From: Alphaproteobacteria bacterium
GTDB lineage: Bacteria > Pseudomonadota > Alphaproteobacteria > JABAAW01 > JAHZMA01
Direction: 5' to 3'
Length of the DNA stretch: 64,000 nucleotides
NCBI GenBank assembly: GCA_965243045.1
Contig: CBDETR010000004.1
Span: forward strand, 286,301 to 350,300
Shown here: positions 46,690 to 58,614 of the stretch, in pieces
Layout of the letters: the number at the start of each line of letters is the position of its first letter
Numbering within the stretch: the first letter of the stretch is position 1
Notes under the pieces: generated by a model
Told to the model about the DNA's origin: nothing
The model's input: only the letters and a program-made list of their open reading frames with translations
Database searches by the model: none
Translations under genes and position numbers: made by a program

Positions 46690-48360
46690 TCAACTATTTA
46701 TCGCACGGTTAAAGGCACTGGTTACCGCGCGCAATGATGCTGTTACAATATTGGAATGTTTGCCCACGCCAAAATAAGCCACCCCTTCATCTGAAGATAA
46801 TTGGATATAGGTTGCAGAGCTTGCATCTGAACCCGCACCTAACGCATGTTGCTGATAATTATTAATACGATAATTTGTCTGAAAATGCTTATTCAACACT
46901 TTCAAATAAGCATCAATAGGACCATTGCCTTTCCCCTCAAGTAACATTTTCTTATCAGCAATCATCACCCTTGCATTAAGCACGCGCAATTCTTCTGTTA
47001 TCGAATCAGGTTGTGATTGATGGTCTATAAATTTAACAGGGTTTTCAGCATTTAAGTAAGTCTCTTCAAAAATTTGTAAAATCTGTGCCGACATCAATTC
47101 TTTGCCCGTATCTTCAGCGGTTTCTTGCACCACACGGCTAAATTCAATCTGAAATAACCGCGGCAATTCAAACCCATAATCAGTCTCCATAATATAGGCA
47201 ACCCCGCCCTTACCCGATTGACTATTAATCCTGATTACCGCCTCATAATTACGCCCAATATCAGAAGGGTCAATGGGCAAATAAGGCACCTGCCATAAAG
47301 GCTCATTGGTTTGTCGCATTTCATGAAAGCCTTTTTTAATGGCATCTTGATGAGAGCCTGAAAACGCAGTGAACACCAACTCGCCCACATAAGGATGACG
47401 CGGATGAACTGGTAATTGCGTGCAATATTCTGCCATTTGTTGAATGGCATTAATATCAGAAAAATCCAAATTCGGACGAACGCCTTGCGTGTATAAATTC
47501 AATGCCAATGTTACCAAATCAACATTCCCTGTGCGCTCACCATTGCCAAATAATGTGCCTTCAACACGCTGGGCACCTGCCAATAAACCCAATTCTGTGG
47601 CGGCTACCGCAGCCCCCCTATCATTATGGGGGTGTAAACTGATAATCGCATATTGGCGATTTTTTAAGTTTTTACAAAAATATTCAATCTGGTCCGCATG
47701 AATATTCGGTGTTGACATTTCAACCGTTGCCGGCAAATTCAGAATGATTTTCTTATCAAGGGTTGGTTGCATAATTTCCATAACCCCCTCACAAATCTCA
47801 AGCGAAAAATCTAATTCCGTATCCGAAAAACTTTCTGGTGAATATTCATAGCGAATATTAATATCAGATTGGCTTTCGGCTAATTGTTTAATCAATGTTG
47901 CACCATTCGTGGCAATTTTTTTAATACCTTGTTTGCTTTCATTAAAGACCACACGGCGTTGCAAAGGATTCGTAGAATTATAAAAATGCACAATAACATT
48001 TTTGGCACCCTGAATTGCCTCAAACGTTCTTTCAATCAAATGGTCGCGCGATTGCGTGAGCACCTGAATAAACACATCATCTGGAATAAGATTATCATCA
48101 ATCAATTGCCGTACAAAATCAAAATCAGTCTGTGATGCCGCCGGAAAGCCAACTTCAATTTCCTTAAAGCCAATCTCCAATAATTTCTTAAACATGCGTA
48201 ATTTACGTTCCACACCCATCGGCTCAATCAATGCCTGATTGCCATCACGCAAATCCACAGAACACCAAATCGGTGCTTGCGTGATTTGATTATCTGGCCA
48301 ACTTCTATTGGCGAGTTTAACGGCTGGAAATTTCTGATATTTACCAGTATTTTCTTTCAT
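46690..48360 (-). CDS. leuA: 2-isopropylmalate synthase (long LeuA type)
   Basis: 'WCSVDLRDGNQAL' and 'LHPHNDRGAAVAATELGLLAGAQRVEGTLFGNGERTGN', plus a C-terminal regulatory domain. The ATG at 48360 follows GAGGGA; GTG at 48372 is the ORF-caller alternative. Confidence 0.9.
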   Translation of the reverse strand: MKENTGKYQKFPAVKLANRSWPDNQITQAPIWCSVDLRDGNQALIEPMGVERKLRMFKKLLEIGFKEIEVGFPAASQTDFDFVRQLIDDNLIPDDVFIQVLTQSRDHLIERTFEAIQGAKNVIVHFYNSTNPLQRRVVFNESKQGIKKIATNGATLIKQLAESQSDINIRYEYSPESFSDTELDFSLEICEGVMEIMQPTLDKKIILNLPATVEMSTPNIHADQIEYFCKNLKNRQYAIISLHPHNDRGAAVAATELGLLAGAQRVEGTLFGNGERTGNVDLVTLALNLYTQGVRPNLDFSDINAIQQMAEYCTQLPVHPRHPYVGELVFTAFSGSHQDAIKKGFHEMRQTNEPLWQVPYLPIDPSDIGRNYEAVIRINSQSGKGGVAYIMETDYGFELPRLFQIEFSRVVQETAEDTGKELMSAQILQIFEETYLNAENPVKFIDHQSQPDSITEELRVLNARVMIADKKMLLEGKGNGPIDAYLKVLNKHFQTNYRINNYQQHALGAGSDASSATYIQLSSDEGVAYFGVGKHSNIVTASLRAVTSAFNRAINS

Positions 48361-48553
48361 CTCATCCCTCACTAAAAATATATCTTAACGCGCATCATTG
48401 CTATCATTCCACTCTGTTAGATATTGTAAAGTTTGTAGGTAAATCTGTAAAGATGATTTTGCTTTGTTTTATTTTCATCTAACTCATTTATTTCCTTTGA
48501 CCTCCTTAAAAATTTATTTTAAGGTTAAAATGGTTTATTAAGGGGGCAAAATT

Positions 48554-49492
48554 ATGCAACGCAAACTTACATTTGAGGGCTTAGGCACTCATCCTATATT
48601 GGGCATTATCTTAGCACTTGGTTCAGCAGTATTATTAGGGGTTACACCTAGTCTCTCAAAAATCGTTTATCAAGAAGGTGGTAATGTACTTTCTGTTGTT
48701 TTGGTTAGAAGTGGTTTCATACCTGTTATCAGCCTATTTCTTTATAGCAAAATTATTAAACAGCCACTTCAATTACATAAAATCTCTCCAAAAGTTGTTC
48801 TGATTGCAGGGCTTTCTATGAGCATGACTGCCTTTGGGTTAATGAGTTCTATCAATTACATCTCGCCTAACCTTGCCGTGGTTATTTTATACAGCTTTCC
48901 TATTATCGTACTCATCTCGGTTTCAATTCTCAATCGTAAATTGCCTTCATTTAAGTTAGCATCGATTTATTTTGTTGCCTTTCTTGGTTTGGTTCTGGCA
49001 ATTGGGGCAAAATTTGATACAATTAGCTGGTTTGGCGTCGGGCTTGCCTTTATTGCGGCTGCAGGTGCAAGTGTTATCATGTTTGTCGGGCATATAGCAG
49101 GGCGTGAAGTGAAGTCTCATAGCATCCTGTTTATGGGTAGTTTTTTCGTTGGCGTGATGGCAGTACTCGCAATATTATTCACAGGCAAGATTACTTTTCC
49201 TGCATCAACAGTCGGTTGGAGCGCATTAATTTTAGCGGCAATTTGCTATACATTTGGCATGTTAATGGTGATTGTTTCTACAACCGTATTTCGCCCTGAT
49301 TTAGCAACATTATTCATGAATTTTGAACCTTTTGTAGGGATTGTGACAGCCTATCTGTTATTGGGTCATATTCTCACGCCTCTTCAATTATTAGGCGTGT
49401 TTGCAGTCATTATCGCTATATCAGTCGGGGGCGTTATCGGGCATCGCGAGCATATGGAACCAGAAGATATGACGGTCATCGAACATTCTTGA
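48554..49492 (+). CDS. EamA/DMT-family transporter
   Basis: Ten hydrophobic helices are arranged as two EamA-like halves. Confidence 0.75.
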   Translation: MQRKLTFEGLGTHPILGIILALGSAVLLGVTPSLSKIVYQEGGNVLSVVLVRSGFIPVISLFLYSKIIKQPLQLHKISPKVVLIAGLSMSMTAFGLMSSINYISPNLAVVILYSFPIIVLISVSILNRKLPSFKLASIYFVAFLGLVLAIGAKFDTISWFGVGLAFIAAAGASVIMFVGHIAGREVKSHSILFMGSFFVGVMAVLAILFTGKITFPASTVGWSALILAAICYTFGMLMVIVSTTVFRPDLATLFMNFEPFVGIVTAYLLLGHILTPLQLLGVFAVIIAISVGGVIGHREHMEPEDMTVIEHS

Positions 49493-49501
49493 GTGTAACA
49501 T

Positions 49502-50407
49502 ATGGATAAATTAATAGCCTTAGGCAGTAAACCTCTTTCAGGCATATTGCTTACTTTAATCGCTGCGCTTTCCCTTGGTATCACGCCCGCTTTATTTAAG
49601 TATGCTTATGATGATGGTGCAGGTGCACTTTTTGTTATTTTATTGCATGGCTTGGTACCAGTAATATTTTTATGGCTGTTCTCTATTATCCATAAACAAC
49701 CTCTTAACATTCGTATTATCCCACGCAAAGCCATTCTTCTTGCATGTTGCTCGCTTAATTTAACCGCTTTTGGGACTATCTATGCCCTCACCTTTATTTC
49801 GCCCGGGCTTATGATTATCATTCTTTATATTTTTCCTATTCTTGTACTTCTCACCATCGCTTTCTTAACCAAGAAACTGCCTTCTTTATTATTGTCTTTA
49901 TTTTACATCACGACATTTATTGGATTATGTTTGGCAATTGGACCCGAATTTAATACCATCAATCTATGGGGGGTTTTCTTAGCTTTATTAGCGGCAATCG
50001 GTGCAGCAATGCTATATTTTATTGGTTATATTGCAGGGGGTGAAGTAAAAACCCATAGTATCATTTTTATTGGCAGTTTTGCCCTTACGATTATCTCTGT
50101 GGTTCTTATACTTCTTACCGATGGTTATCAACCACCTGTCTCAATTTCTGGTTGGACACTCCTTTTAATTGGCATTTTTTGTTATATGGTCGGCATCGCC
50201 TTTATTTATCTTTCAACCACATTCTTACGTCCTGATTTGGCAAGTCTTATTATGAATATAGAACCTTTCATAACAATTGCCACAGCCTATTTCTTACTAG
50301 GTGATGTTTTGTTACCCGTTCAAATAATTGGCGTCTGCGTTGTTATTGTCTCTATCAGCATCAGCGGTGTGATTGCCCATAAAAACCATCTGGAGCTTAC
50401 TCATTAA
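49502..50407 (+). CDS. EamA/DMT-family transporter (tandem paralogue)
   Basis: It is colinear with the upstream gene, for example 'HIAGREVKSHSILFMGSF' versus 'YIAGGEVKTHSIIFIGSF'. Confidence 0.75.
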   Translation: MDKLIALGSKPLSGILLTLIAALSLGITPALFKYAYDDGAGALFVILLHGLVPVIFLWLFSIIHKQPLNIRIIPRKAILLACCSLNLTAFGTIYALTFISPGLMIIILYIFPILVLLTIAFLTKKLPSLLLSLFYITTFIGLCLAIGPEFNTINLWGVFLALLAAIGAAMLYFIGYIAGGEVKTHSIIFIGSFALTIISVVLILLTDGYQPPVSISGWTLLLIGIFCYMVGIAFIYLSTTFLRPDLASLIMNIEPFITIATAYFLLGDVLLPVQIIGVCVVIVSISISGVIAHKNHLELTH

Positions 50408-51365
50408 GCATTTTTAATGACATCTGATTCAATGGATGCTGTTCCAACACAAAGTTTTTTAACTCATCATCTAAAATATGTGTATAAATTTGCGTGGTCG
50501 TAATATCGGCATGCCCTAGCATTTTTTGTACCGTTAATAACCCTGCCCCATTATTCAGTAAATGACTGGCAAAAGCATGACGCAACACATGCGGACTAAT
50601 TTTTTCTTTTGGAATATTGGCTTTGACTGCTAACTCTTTGAGCATTTGTCCGAAACGCTGGCGGGTTAAATGCCCTTCTTTGCTGTTAGAAGGAAATAGA
50701 TAGCCCGCATCAACCAGTGCATCTTCATCATGGGCATGTTTTGGTAGATACTTTTCTCGGATACTCAGCCATGTTTGCAAGGCTGCCAATGCCATGCCTG
50801 ATAAAGGCACAACCCGTTCTTTATTGCCTTTGCCAATAATCCGCAATAATTTCAAATCAAATAAAATCGCTGATAAGGGTAGGCTGACCAATTCTGAAAC
50901 ACGCAAGCCACTGCCATAAAGAATTTCTAATAAACAAATGAAACGCGTTGCTTCGTGAGAATTCTCTTGTTTCATGCCATTAAGTGCCTCAAACAACCGT
51001 TCTATTTCTTCTTTAGAAAGAATTTTGGGCAAAGTTCTGCCTATTTTGGGCATTTTCAATAATTTTGTAGGGTTATCATCACGCCATTGTTCCGCAAGCA
51101 TAAATTTATGTAATTGCCGAACAGCCGAATATTTACGGGCAATACTAGAATCCTTATGCCCGCGCATCTTTAAATCACTGTGCCAATGCATTAATAAAGA
51201 TTTATCAACATGCATAAAACTGCTTTTATTTTCTTGCAGAAATTGCTGATAATTTTGCAAATCTTTTGTATAGGCTTGTATCGTATGGGTAGCCGCGCCG
51301 CGCTCTACCATCATCATTTCTAAAAATTGTTCTAATAAATTGCTATCTTTTATCATCACAAGCAA
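50397..51365 (-). CDS. xerD: Site-specific tyrosine recombinase XerD
   Basis: 'LEMMMVERGAATHTIQAYTKDL', 'GLRVSELVSL' and 'HVLRHAFASHLLNNGAGLLTVQKMLGHADITTTQIYTHI'. The start is TTG 51365 or ATG 51356. Confidence 0.85.
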   Translation of the reverse strand: MLVMIKDSNLLEQFLEMMMVERGAATHTIQAYTKDLQNYQQFLQENKSSFMHVDKSLLMHWHSDLKMRGHKDSSIARKYSAVRQLHKFMLAEQWRDDNPTKLLKMPKIGRTLPKILSKEEIERLFEALNGMKQENSHEATRFICLLEILYGSGLRVSELVSLPLSAILFDLKLLRIIGKGNKERVVPLSGMALAALQTWLSIREKYLPKHAHDEDALVDAGYLFPSNSKEGHLTRQRFGQMLKELAVKANIPKEKISPHVLRHAFASHLLNNGAGLLTVQKMLGHADITTTQIYTHILDDELKNFVLEQHPLNQMSLKMLNE

Positions 51366-51424
51366 ACTTTCAAAAGGCGTTATGTTTAATTTTTCACCCC
51401 AGAACTTTGCTTATTTTAATTAAA

Positions 51425-51613
51425 TTATAGTTTATTATCTAAATTTAATTCTAAATTAATCTTTTTTATGTCACGTTCAATATTTGATGTGGGGTCTTTG
51501 ATTATTCCTAAATAAACAATGATAATAATCAACAGAATAATCCCAGACAGCACCAAATAAAATGAGCCCATGTTATTTTGATTGCGCCTACTTTGACTAC
51601 GCCTACGTGACAT
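51425..51613 (-). CDS. Hypothetical small single-pass membrane protein
   Basis: An AAGGAAG RBS lies upstream of the ATG at 51613. A basic N-terminus (MSRRRSQSRRNQ) is followed by one TM helix. Confidence 0.3.
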   Translation of the reverse strand: MSRRRSQSRRNQNNMGSFYLVLSGIILLIIIIVYLGIIKDPTSNIERDIKKINLELNLDNKL

Positions 51614-51898
51614 GATTTTATCTTCCTTAAAAAATATGACATAAGTCATAACTTTACTATTTGCCATGATTGCTGATTTTATGTCAAGCATGCTCGCTAA
51701 GAAAATTCTGACGATAATGATAAAAAAACTCACGATTTTGCTGTACCCCTGTATTATATCATAATTCTTTACAATATGCTTGCTTGTGTGTTTTTTTTAG
51801 GTTATATATTTTCTAGCAGATGAAAAGAGATTTGCAATTTTTTTAAATATTTTCTGAAGCTAGTCTTGTTGTTAATCTGCCTCATTTTTTAAGGCTAA

Positions 51899-52945
<1,047 letters not shown>

Positions 52946-52948
52946 GCA

Positions 52949-53839
52949 ATGGCACGTCGCTCACGCCGCTACGGTTTAGCTTCTGGGATTAACACACAGC
53001 ATACTTATTTAATTGCTTTAACAATCATTGCTTTTTTGTTACTTGTAAGTGGACAAATTTATAAAAATTTATATGATGGCGTGCGTGGCGGTGTTATGGC
53101 AGTAACTTCACCCATCATCAAAATTGTTAATAGCCCTTTCAAAATTGCCCATGATGTTAGCGAGAATCTCGGCGATTATAAAGAATTACAAAAAAAATAT
53201 GAAAATTTACAATTAGATATGCGTCAAGCCAGCTATTGGGAAGCCTATGCACGTCAATTATTAGCCGAAAATCAATTATTGCGCGAAAGATGGAATCTGG
53301 CAAAAGATTTTCCAAAACTACCCGGTAATTTTGTTGTTGCCCGTATCATTGCTGATTTATCGGGTACTTTCATTAATAGTTTTATTATCAATTCGGGAAA
53401 AATCAATCATATCAATGAAAATGATATTGCCTTAAATAATGGTTCCTTAGTAGGGCGTGTGATTGATACTAAAAATAATTATGCCCGCATTTTATTACTC
53501 ACCGACATTAACAGCCGTATTCCTGTGATTATAGGACCCGAACGCTTACGTGCCATTATGGCTGGTAATAATTCTGATAAAACCGATGTGTTTTTCGCAC
53601 CGATTGATTCCGTTATTACGCCGGGAATGAATGTATTTACATCAGGGCATGGTGGCATTTTTCCACCGGGGATACCGATTGGACAAATTATTGCAAGCAA
53701 AAGCGATATCATCAAAATAAGCCTTATCACCAACCCTCATATTTTAGAATATATTGATATTTTAAGTTTTGGGGCAAAAATTATTCTCGAAGATAGTAAG
53801 ACAAATATTTCAGAAAATTATCAGGAAAGACAAAATTAA
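52949..53839 (+). CDS. mreC: Rod shape-determining protein MreC
   Basis: Position after mreB, an N-terminal TM helix, a coiled coil, and 'VGRVIDT..NYARILLLTDINSRIPV'. Confidence 0.85.
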   Translation: MARRSRRYGLASGINTQHTYLIALTIIAFLLLVSGQIYKNLYDGVRGGVMAVTSPIIKIVNSPFKIAHDVSENLGDYKELQKKYENLQLDMRQASYWEAYARQLLAENQLLRERWNLAKDFPKLPGNFVVARIIADLSGTFINSFIINSGKINHINENDIALNNGSLVGRVIDTKNNYARILLLTDINSRIPVIIGPERLRAIMAGNNSDKTDVFFAPIDSVITPGMNVFTSGHGGIFPPGIPIGQIIASKSDIIKISLITNPHILEYIDILSFGAKIILEDSKTNISENYQERQN

Positions 53840-54361
53840 ATGGCAAATCGTAAACGCCTTATGAGCCAAAATGAGCAACCATATATCTATTGCCTAAAAG
53901 CAACCTTGCCTTTTCTTAGCTGTTTAACCCTTATGCTTCTAGGAATATCACATTCTATCTTCACTTATTTGGAAGGTTTCTCAGTTTTTTGGCTGTTCAT
54001 TGGTATCTTTTATTGGTCTTTTAGTGGCAATCGCTATTTTCATCCTATGATGGCATTATTTTTTGGTATTTGGCTAGATTTACTTATCGGGCAAATTATT
54101 GGTCTTTATAGCGTAGGCTTTATGCTTTGTTATATTATTTGTAATATTGTGCGAGATAAGTTTTGGAATAATTCTGTTTTTCTTTCATTGGCAATTTATA
54201 TGGCAATGTTATTCATTCCATTTTTTAGTCATATCATTGTGACTTTAGCGCAAGGGCATCATGCTAATTTTGGAGAATTAATTTTAAGTATGTTATTAGC
54301 AGGTTTATGTTATATGCCACTTCATGGTATCTTTACTTTTTTACGTCAAAAATTATGGTGA
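53840..54361 (+). CDS. mreD: Rod shape-determining protein MreD
   Basis: A small polytopic membrane protein that immediately follows mreC. Confidence 0.7.
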   Translation: MANRKRLMSQNEQPYIYCLKATLPFLSCLTLMLLGISHSIFTYLEGFSVFWLFIGIFYWSFSGNRYFHPMMALFFGIWLDLLIGQIIGLYSVGFMLCYIICNIVRDKFWNNSVFLSLAIYMAMLFIPFFSHIIVTLAQGHHANFGELILSMLLAGLCYMPLHGIFTFLRQKLW

Positions 54362-54366
54362 GTTAA

Positions 54367-56202
54367 ATGGCTTTAATGCGTGAATCACGTCAAAAAATCT
54401 TTACGCGTCGCTCTATCTTTCTGTTAAGTGGGCAAATGGCGGTTTTTGGCGTATTGGCAGGCAGATTGACCTATTTGCAATTATTGGAATCTGACCGCTA
54501 TAAAACATTAGCAGATGAGAACCGTATTCGTTCACGTTTAGTTGCCCCTGAGCGAGGGCGTATCTACGACCGTAACGCTTTAGAATTGGCACGCAACACC
54601 GATAATTACCGTATTTTATTAATCCCAGAAGAAACTGATAATGTTCGCGATGTTCTCAAAAAGCTAAGCAGAATTGTTGTTTTACCAGCATCTGCACAAA
54701 AGAAAATTCTTGAAGATATTAGCCGTAGCCCTGTTTTCCGCCCGATTGAGTTAGCAGAACATCTACAATGGACCGAAGTGAGTCAAATTGAAGTAGAACG
54801 GTTAAACTTGCCGGGTGTCTTTATCGATGTAGGGCAAGAACGTATCTATCCGCAAGGCAATCTTTATGGTCATATCATTGGATTTGTTGCACAACCAAAT
54901 GCCAAAGAAACCAAGAAAAGCCGGTTATTTAATATTCCGGGTTTCCATATTGGCAAAAGTGGTTTGGAGAAATTTTATGAAGATGATTTGCGTGGCGAAG
55001 GTGGCTCTATTCATTTAGAAGTGAATGCATCAGGACGCCCCCTTAAAGAAGTGAAGCATATTCCCGCAACAAAAGGGGGGAATGTTCAAATTAGCATTGA
55101 TAATCGTTTACAAGATTATGTCACCCAACGTTTATCAAATGTTGCATCAGGTGCTATTGTATTAATGGATGTTCATTCAGGTGAAATTTTAGCTATGGCA
55201 TCAGCTCCTAATTTTGACCCTAACAAATTTGTGCGCGGGATTGAACAACGCGAATGGGATAATTTACTCAATAATCCTTATAAACCCCTCATCAATAAAG
55301 CCATCTCAGGATTATATGCACCCGCTTCTACTTTTAAGCCCGTTGTTGCGATGGCAGCATTAGAAAATCAGATAAGCTCTGCCACAAAACATTATTGTGC
55401 AGGCTATTATCGCTATGGTGACCGCAATTTCTATTGTTGGGCGCATTGGGGGCATAGAAATGTTAATATGATTAAGGCAATCAGTAACTCATGCGATGTT
55501 TGGTTCTATAAAGTAGCATTGGAATTAGGGGTCGATTTAATTGCTGAATATGCCAATATGTTCGGTTTAGGAGTCGATTTAAATATTGAATTGCCCAATA
55601 ATAAAGCTGGCATCGTACCAACAATGAAATGGAAAGAAAAAAATATTGGCACCCGATGGGAAAATGGCGAAACAGCCATTACCGGCATCGGGCAAGGGTA
55701 TCTCACCTCAACACCCCTGCAACTTGCTACCATGCTCTCACGCATCGTGAATGGTGGTTATGCGGTTACCCCGCGTTTACAAACGTTACCTAATGAACAA
55801 AAGGAACTTATTTTTAACCAAAATCTATCAATCTATGATAAATTACCCGTTAAAGACCTGCATTTAGAAATCATAAAAATAGCCATGAATGATGTTGTTA
55901 ATCATAAAACTGGCACAGCTTACCATGCCCGTGTTGGCAACCCACAATGGGGTTATGCGGGTAAAACTGGCACAGGACAGGTTAGAAATATCAGTGAAGA
56001 AGAACGTAATAGTGGCATACTTGCCAATCATTTATTAGAATGGGAAAGACGCGACCATGCGCTATTTATTGGCTACGCGCCGGTTAAAAAACCACGTTGG
56101 GCAATTTCAGTGGTGGTTGAACATGGTGGCAGTGGCTCGGTTGCCGCAGCCCCGCTTGCACGTGATATTTTGGTCAATGTGCAACGGCTTTATAAAAGTT
56201 AA
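54367..56202 (+). CDS. mrdA: Penicillin-binding protein 2 (elongasome transpeptidase)
   Basis: 'ASTFKP' (SxxK), 'SNSCD' (SxN-type) and 'GKTGTG' (KTG) motifs, plus an N-terminal TM anchor. Confidence 0.9.
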   Translation: MALMRESRQKIFTRRSIFLLSGQMAVFGVLAGRLTYLQLLESDRYKTLADENRIRSRLVAPERGRIYDRNALELARNTDNYRILLIPEETDNVRDVLKKLSRIVVLPASAQKKILEDISRSPVFRPIELAEHLQWTEVSQIEVERLNLPGVFIDVGQERIYPQGNLYGHIIGFVAQPNAKETKKSRLFNIPGFHIGKSGLEKFYEDDLRGEGGSIHLEVNASGRPLKEVKHIPATKGGNVQISIDNRLQDYVTQRLSNVASGAIVLMDVHSGEILAMASAPNFDPNKFVRGIEQREWDNLLNNPYKPLINKAISGLYAPASTFKPVVAMAALENQISSATKHYCAGYYRYGDRNFYCWAHWGHRNVNMIKAISNSCDVWFYKVALELGVDLIAEYANMFGLGVDLNIELPNNKAGIVPTMKWKEKNIGTRWENGETAITGIGQGYLTSTPLQLATMLSRIVNGGYAVTPRLQTLPNEQKELIFNQNLSIYDKLPVKDLHLEIIKIAMNDVVNHKTGTAYHARVGNPQWGYAGKTGTGQVRNISEEERNSGILANHLLEWERRDHALFIGYAPVKKPRWAISVVVEHGGSGSVAAAPLARDILVNVQRLYKS

Positions 56203-56207
56203 TCTAT

Positions 56208-57308
56208 ATGTGGGATAAATTACGCGATATTAATTGGATTTTAGTGCTGGCTGTTCTTGGGTTAAGCATTTTCGGTTTCATGATGCTCTATTCCGCGGCA
56301 GGTGGTTCTATGAATCCTTGGGCATCTAAACAGCTTATTCGTTTTTGCGGTGCTTTTGTGGGTATGCTGATTATCGCAAGCGTTAATATTCGTTTTTGGT
56401 ATAAATCTTCTTACTGGCTTTATTTTGCCTGTTTATTTGCTTTATTATTAGTAGAAATTTTTGGTTCTTTAGGGGGTGGCGCGCAACGTTGGCTTAATTT
56501 AGGCTTCATTCGTATCCAACCTTCTGAATTAATGAAAATTGCCGTTATTTTAGCCTTGGCACGTTATTTCCATCGTTTGCCTTTGGAGCAGATTAACCGG
56601 TTGCCAAACATGATTCCACCCATCATCATCATCGCCGTACCGATTGCATTCATCTTAAAACAACCCGATTTAGGAACATCTTTGGTGCTGATGGCAGGCG
56701 GGACTTCTCTGTTATTCTTAGCAGGCATACGATTATGGATTTTTCTATTCGCAGGGGCAACGGGGCTTGCGGCAATTCCTGCATTATGGCTTAATTTACG
56801 CGATTATCAAAAAGACCGTATCCTTGTTTTCTTAAATCCTGAAAGTGACCCGCTTGGTTCAGGTTATCATGTTATCCAATCAAAAATTGCTTTAGGTTCT
56901 GGTGGTTTTCTAGGCAAGGGTTTTGCAGAAGGCACACAAAGTCACTTAAATTTTTTACCTGAAAAACATACTGATTTCATTTTTGCCATGTTGGCAGAAG
57001 AATTAGGCTTTATAGGTGGCATCACCGTTATCATTCTTTATTTCTTAATTATCCTGATTGCTTTTGCAACCTCTTTTTATTGCCGTCATCAATTTGGTAA
57101 GTTGCTGGCAATGGGCATTAGTATTACGTTATTTTTATATATCTTTGTCAATTTGGGCATGGTGATGAGCCTATTACCCGTTGTAGGTGTGCCATTACCA
57201 TTGCTTTCTTATGGCGGTTCTGCACTGATTACCACCATGTTTGCCATCGGTTTATTATTATCAATTCATGTTCACCGCGACACTTGGACAAGCGGATTAT
57301 CGGAATAA
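56208..57308 (+). CDS. rodA: Peptidoglycan glycosyltransferase RodA (SEDS family)
   Basis: 'QPSELMKI', 'PDLGT' and 'LPEKHTDFIFA..AEELGFIGG' SEDS motifs. The gene follows mrdA. Confidence 0.9.
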   Translation: MWDKLRDINWILVLAVLGLSIFGFMMLYSAAGGSMNPWASKQLIRFCGAFVGMLIIASVNIRFWYKSSYWLYFACLFALLLVEIFGSLGGGAQRWLNLGFIRIQPSELMKIAVILALARYFHRLPLEQINRLPNMIPPIIIIAVPIAFILKQPDLGTSLVLMAGGTSLLFLAGIRLWIFLFAGATGLAAIPALWLNLRDYQKDRILVFLNPESDPLGSGYHVIQSKIALGSGGFLGKGFAEGTQSHLNFLPEKHTDFIFAMLAEELGFIGGITVIILYFLIILIAFATSFYCRHQFGKLLAMGISITLFLYIFVNLGMVMSLLPVVGVPLPLLSYGGSALITTMFAIGLLLSIHVHRDTWTSGLSE

Positions 57309-57312
57309 TATC

Positions 57313-58602
57313 ATGCCTCATTTAACCATTCAAGGAAACACACATTTATCAGGAAACGTTGCCATTAGCGGTGCAAAGAATTCTGCTTTGCCCCTTATGT
57401 GCGCCTCATTACTCACAGATAAAAAATTGACATTATCTAACTTTCCTCTGCTTGCAGACACGCAAAAATTGATAGAGATTTTAAGTGAATTAGGCGCGGA
57501 TGCAAAAATTGTTGATAATAAAACAGGTGACACTGGTTCACCGCAATTATTAGATATTGAAATCAATCAAATCAAATCAATTCTTGCTGTTCATGAGGCT
57601 GTTAATCAAATGCGCGCTTCTGTACTTGTGCTAGGTCCTTTATTAGCGCGTGAAGGCAAAGCATCAGTAACATTGCCCGGTGGTGATGCCATTGGCGCAC
57701 GCCCCATCGATTTACACTTAAAAGGTTTGCAAGCGATGGGTGCCACGATTGATGTCAGTGATGGCAAAGTGCATACGAAACTCTCTCAAGAGGGCTTAAA
57801 AGGCGCGCATATCAAATTTCCGATTGTTTCAGTGGGTGCGACGGAACATCTCATGCTAAGCGCGGCTCTTGCCAAAGGTGACAGCCTATTAGAAAATGTA
57901 GCATTAGAACCAGAAATCACCGATTTGGCTCACTTGCTGCAATCTATGGGGGTCATCATAGAAGGAATAGGCACATCTACCCTACAGATTAAGGGCAATA
58001 ATGGTGCCGCACTTAATGCCGCCAAGCATCATATCATCGCTGATAGAATTGAGGCTGCTAGCTTTGCCATTGCGGCAATTGCAACCCGCGGCGACATCAC
58101 CCTTACCCATACAAATCCTGATATTATGACAAATTTTCTAACTATTTTGCAACAAGGTGGCGCCGTTGTGGATATTAACAATCATCAGATACGTATCAGT
58201 GGCTCGCCTGAAAGCTTTGCACCACAACATATCAATACCGAACCCTATCCGGGTTTTGCTACTGATATTCAAGCACAATTAATGGCGTTATTATGTTTGG
58301 TCAATGGTCGTTCAGAAATCAATGAATTAATTTTTGAAAACCGTTTCATGCATGCCATTGAATATCAAAAAATGGGCGCGAAAATTGATATTCAAGGTTC
58401 TAAAGCCATTATTCATGGCGGTGCTCCACTTGTAGGAACTGATATTGCCGCATCAGATATTCGTGCCTGTTTTGGGTTGGTGATTGCCGCACTTTCCGCA
58501 AAAGGTGAGACAACGTTGCGTCATATTTACCATTTAGATAGAGGCTATGAAAATTTTGAAGAAAAATTTTCTAAACTTGGTGCTAATATTGCACGCACAT
58601 AA
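57313..58602 (+). CDS. murA: UDP-N-acetylglucosamine 1-carboxyvinyltransferase
   Basis: 'ISGAKNSALPLM', 'LPGGDAIGARPIDLH' (Asp replaces the fosfomycin-target Cys in this loop) and 'FENRFMH'. Confidence 0.93.
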   Translation: MPHLTIQGNTHLSGNVAISGAKNSALPLMCASLLTDKKLTLSNFPLLADTQKLIEILSELGADAKIVDNKTGDTGSPQLLDIEINQIKSILAVHEAVNQMRASVLVLGPLLAREGKASVTLPGGDAIGARPIDLHLKGLQAMGATIDVSDGKVHTKLSQEGLKGAHIKFPIVSVGATEHLMLSAALAKGDSLLENVALEPEITDLAHLLQSMGVIIEGIGTSTLQIKGNNGAALNAAKHHIIADRIEAASFAIAAIATRGDITLTHTNPDIMTNFLTILQQGGAVVDINNHQIRISGSPESFAPQHINTEPYPGFATDIQAQLMALLCLVNGRSEINELIFENRFMHAIEYQKMGAKIDIQGSKAIIHGGAPLVGTDIAASDIRACFGLVIAALSAKGETTLRHIYHLDRGYENFEEKFSKLGANIART

Positions 58603-58614
58603 TGGCAAAATCTC

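Noticed and set aside
48361-48553. A leucine leader peptide or attenuator upstream of leuA.
   Set aside because: The only small ORF on the leuA strand (MKIKQSKIIFTDLPTNFTISNRVE) has no Leu run. Only a weak all-A/T hairpin (48504-48524) is present, on the other strand.
48554-50407. Tandem EamA/DMT transporter paralogues as a possible special system.
   Set aside because: This is an ordinary tandem duplication of a very common transporter family, with no associated regulatory or enzymatic genes.
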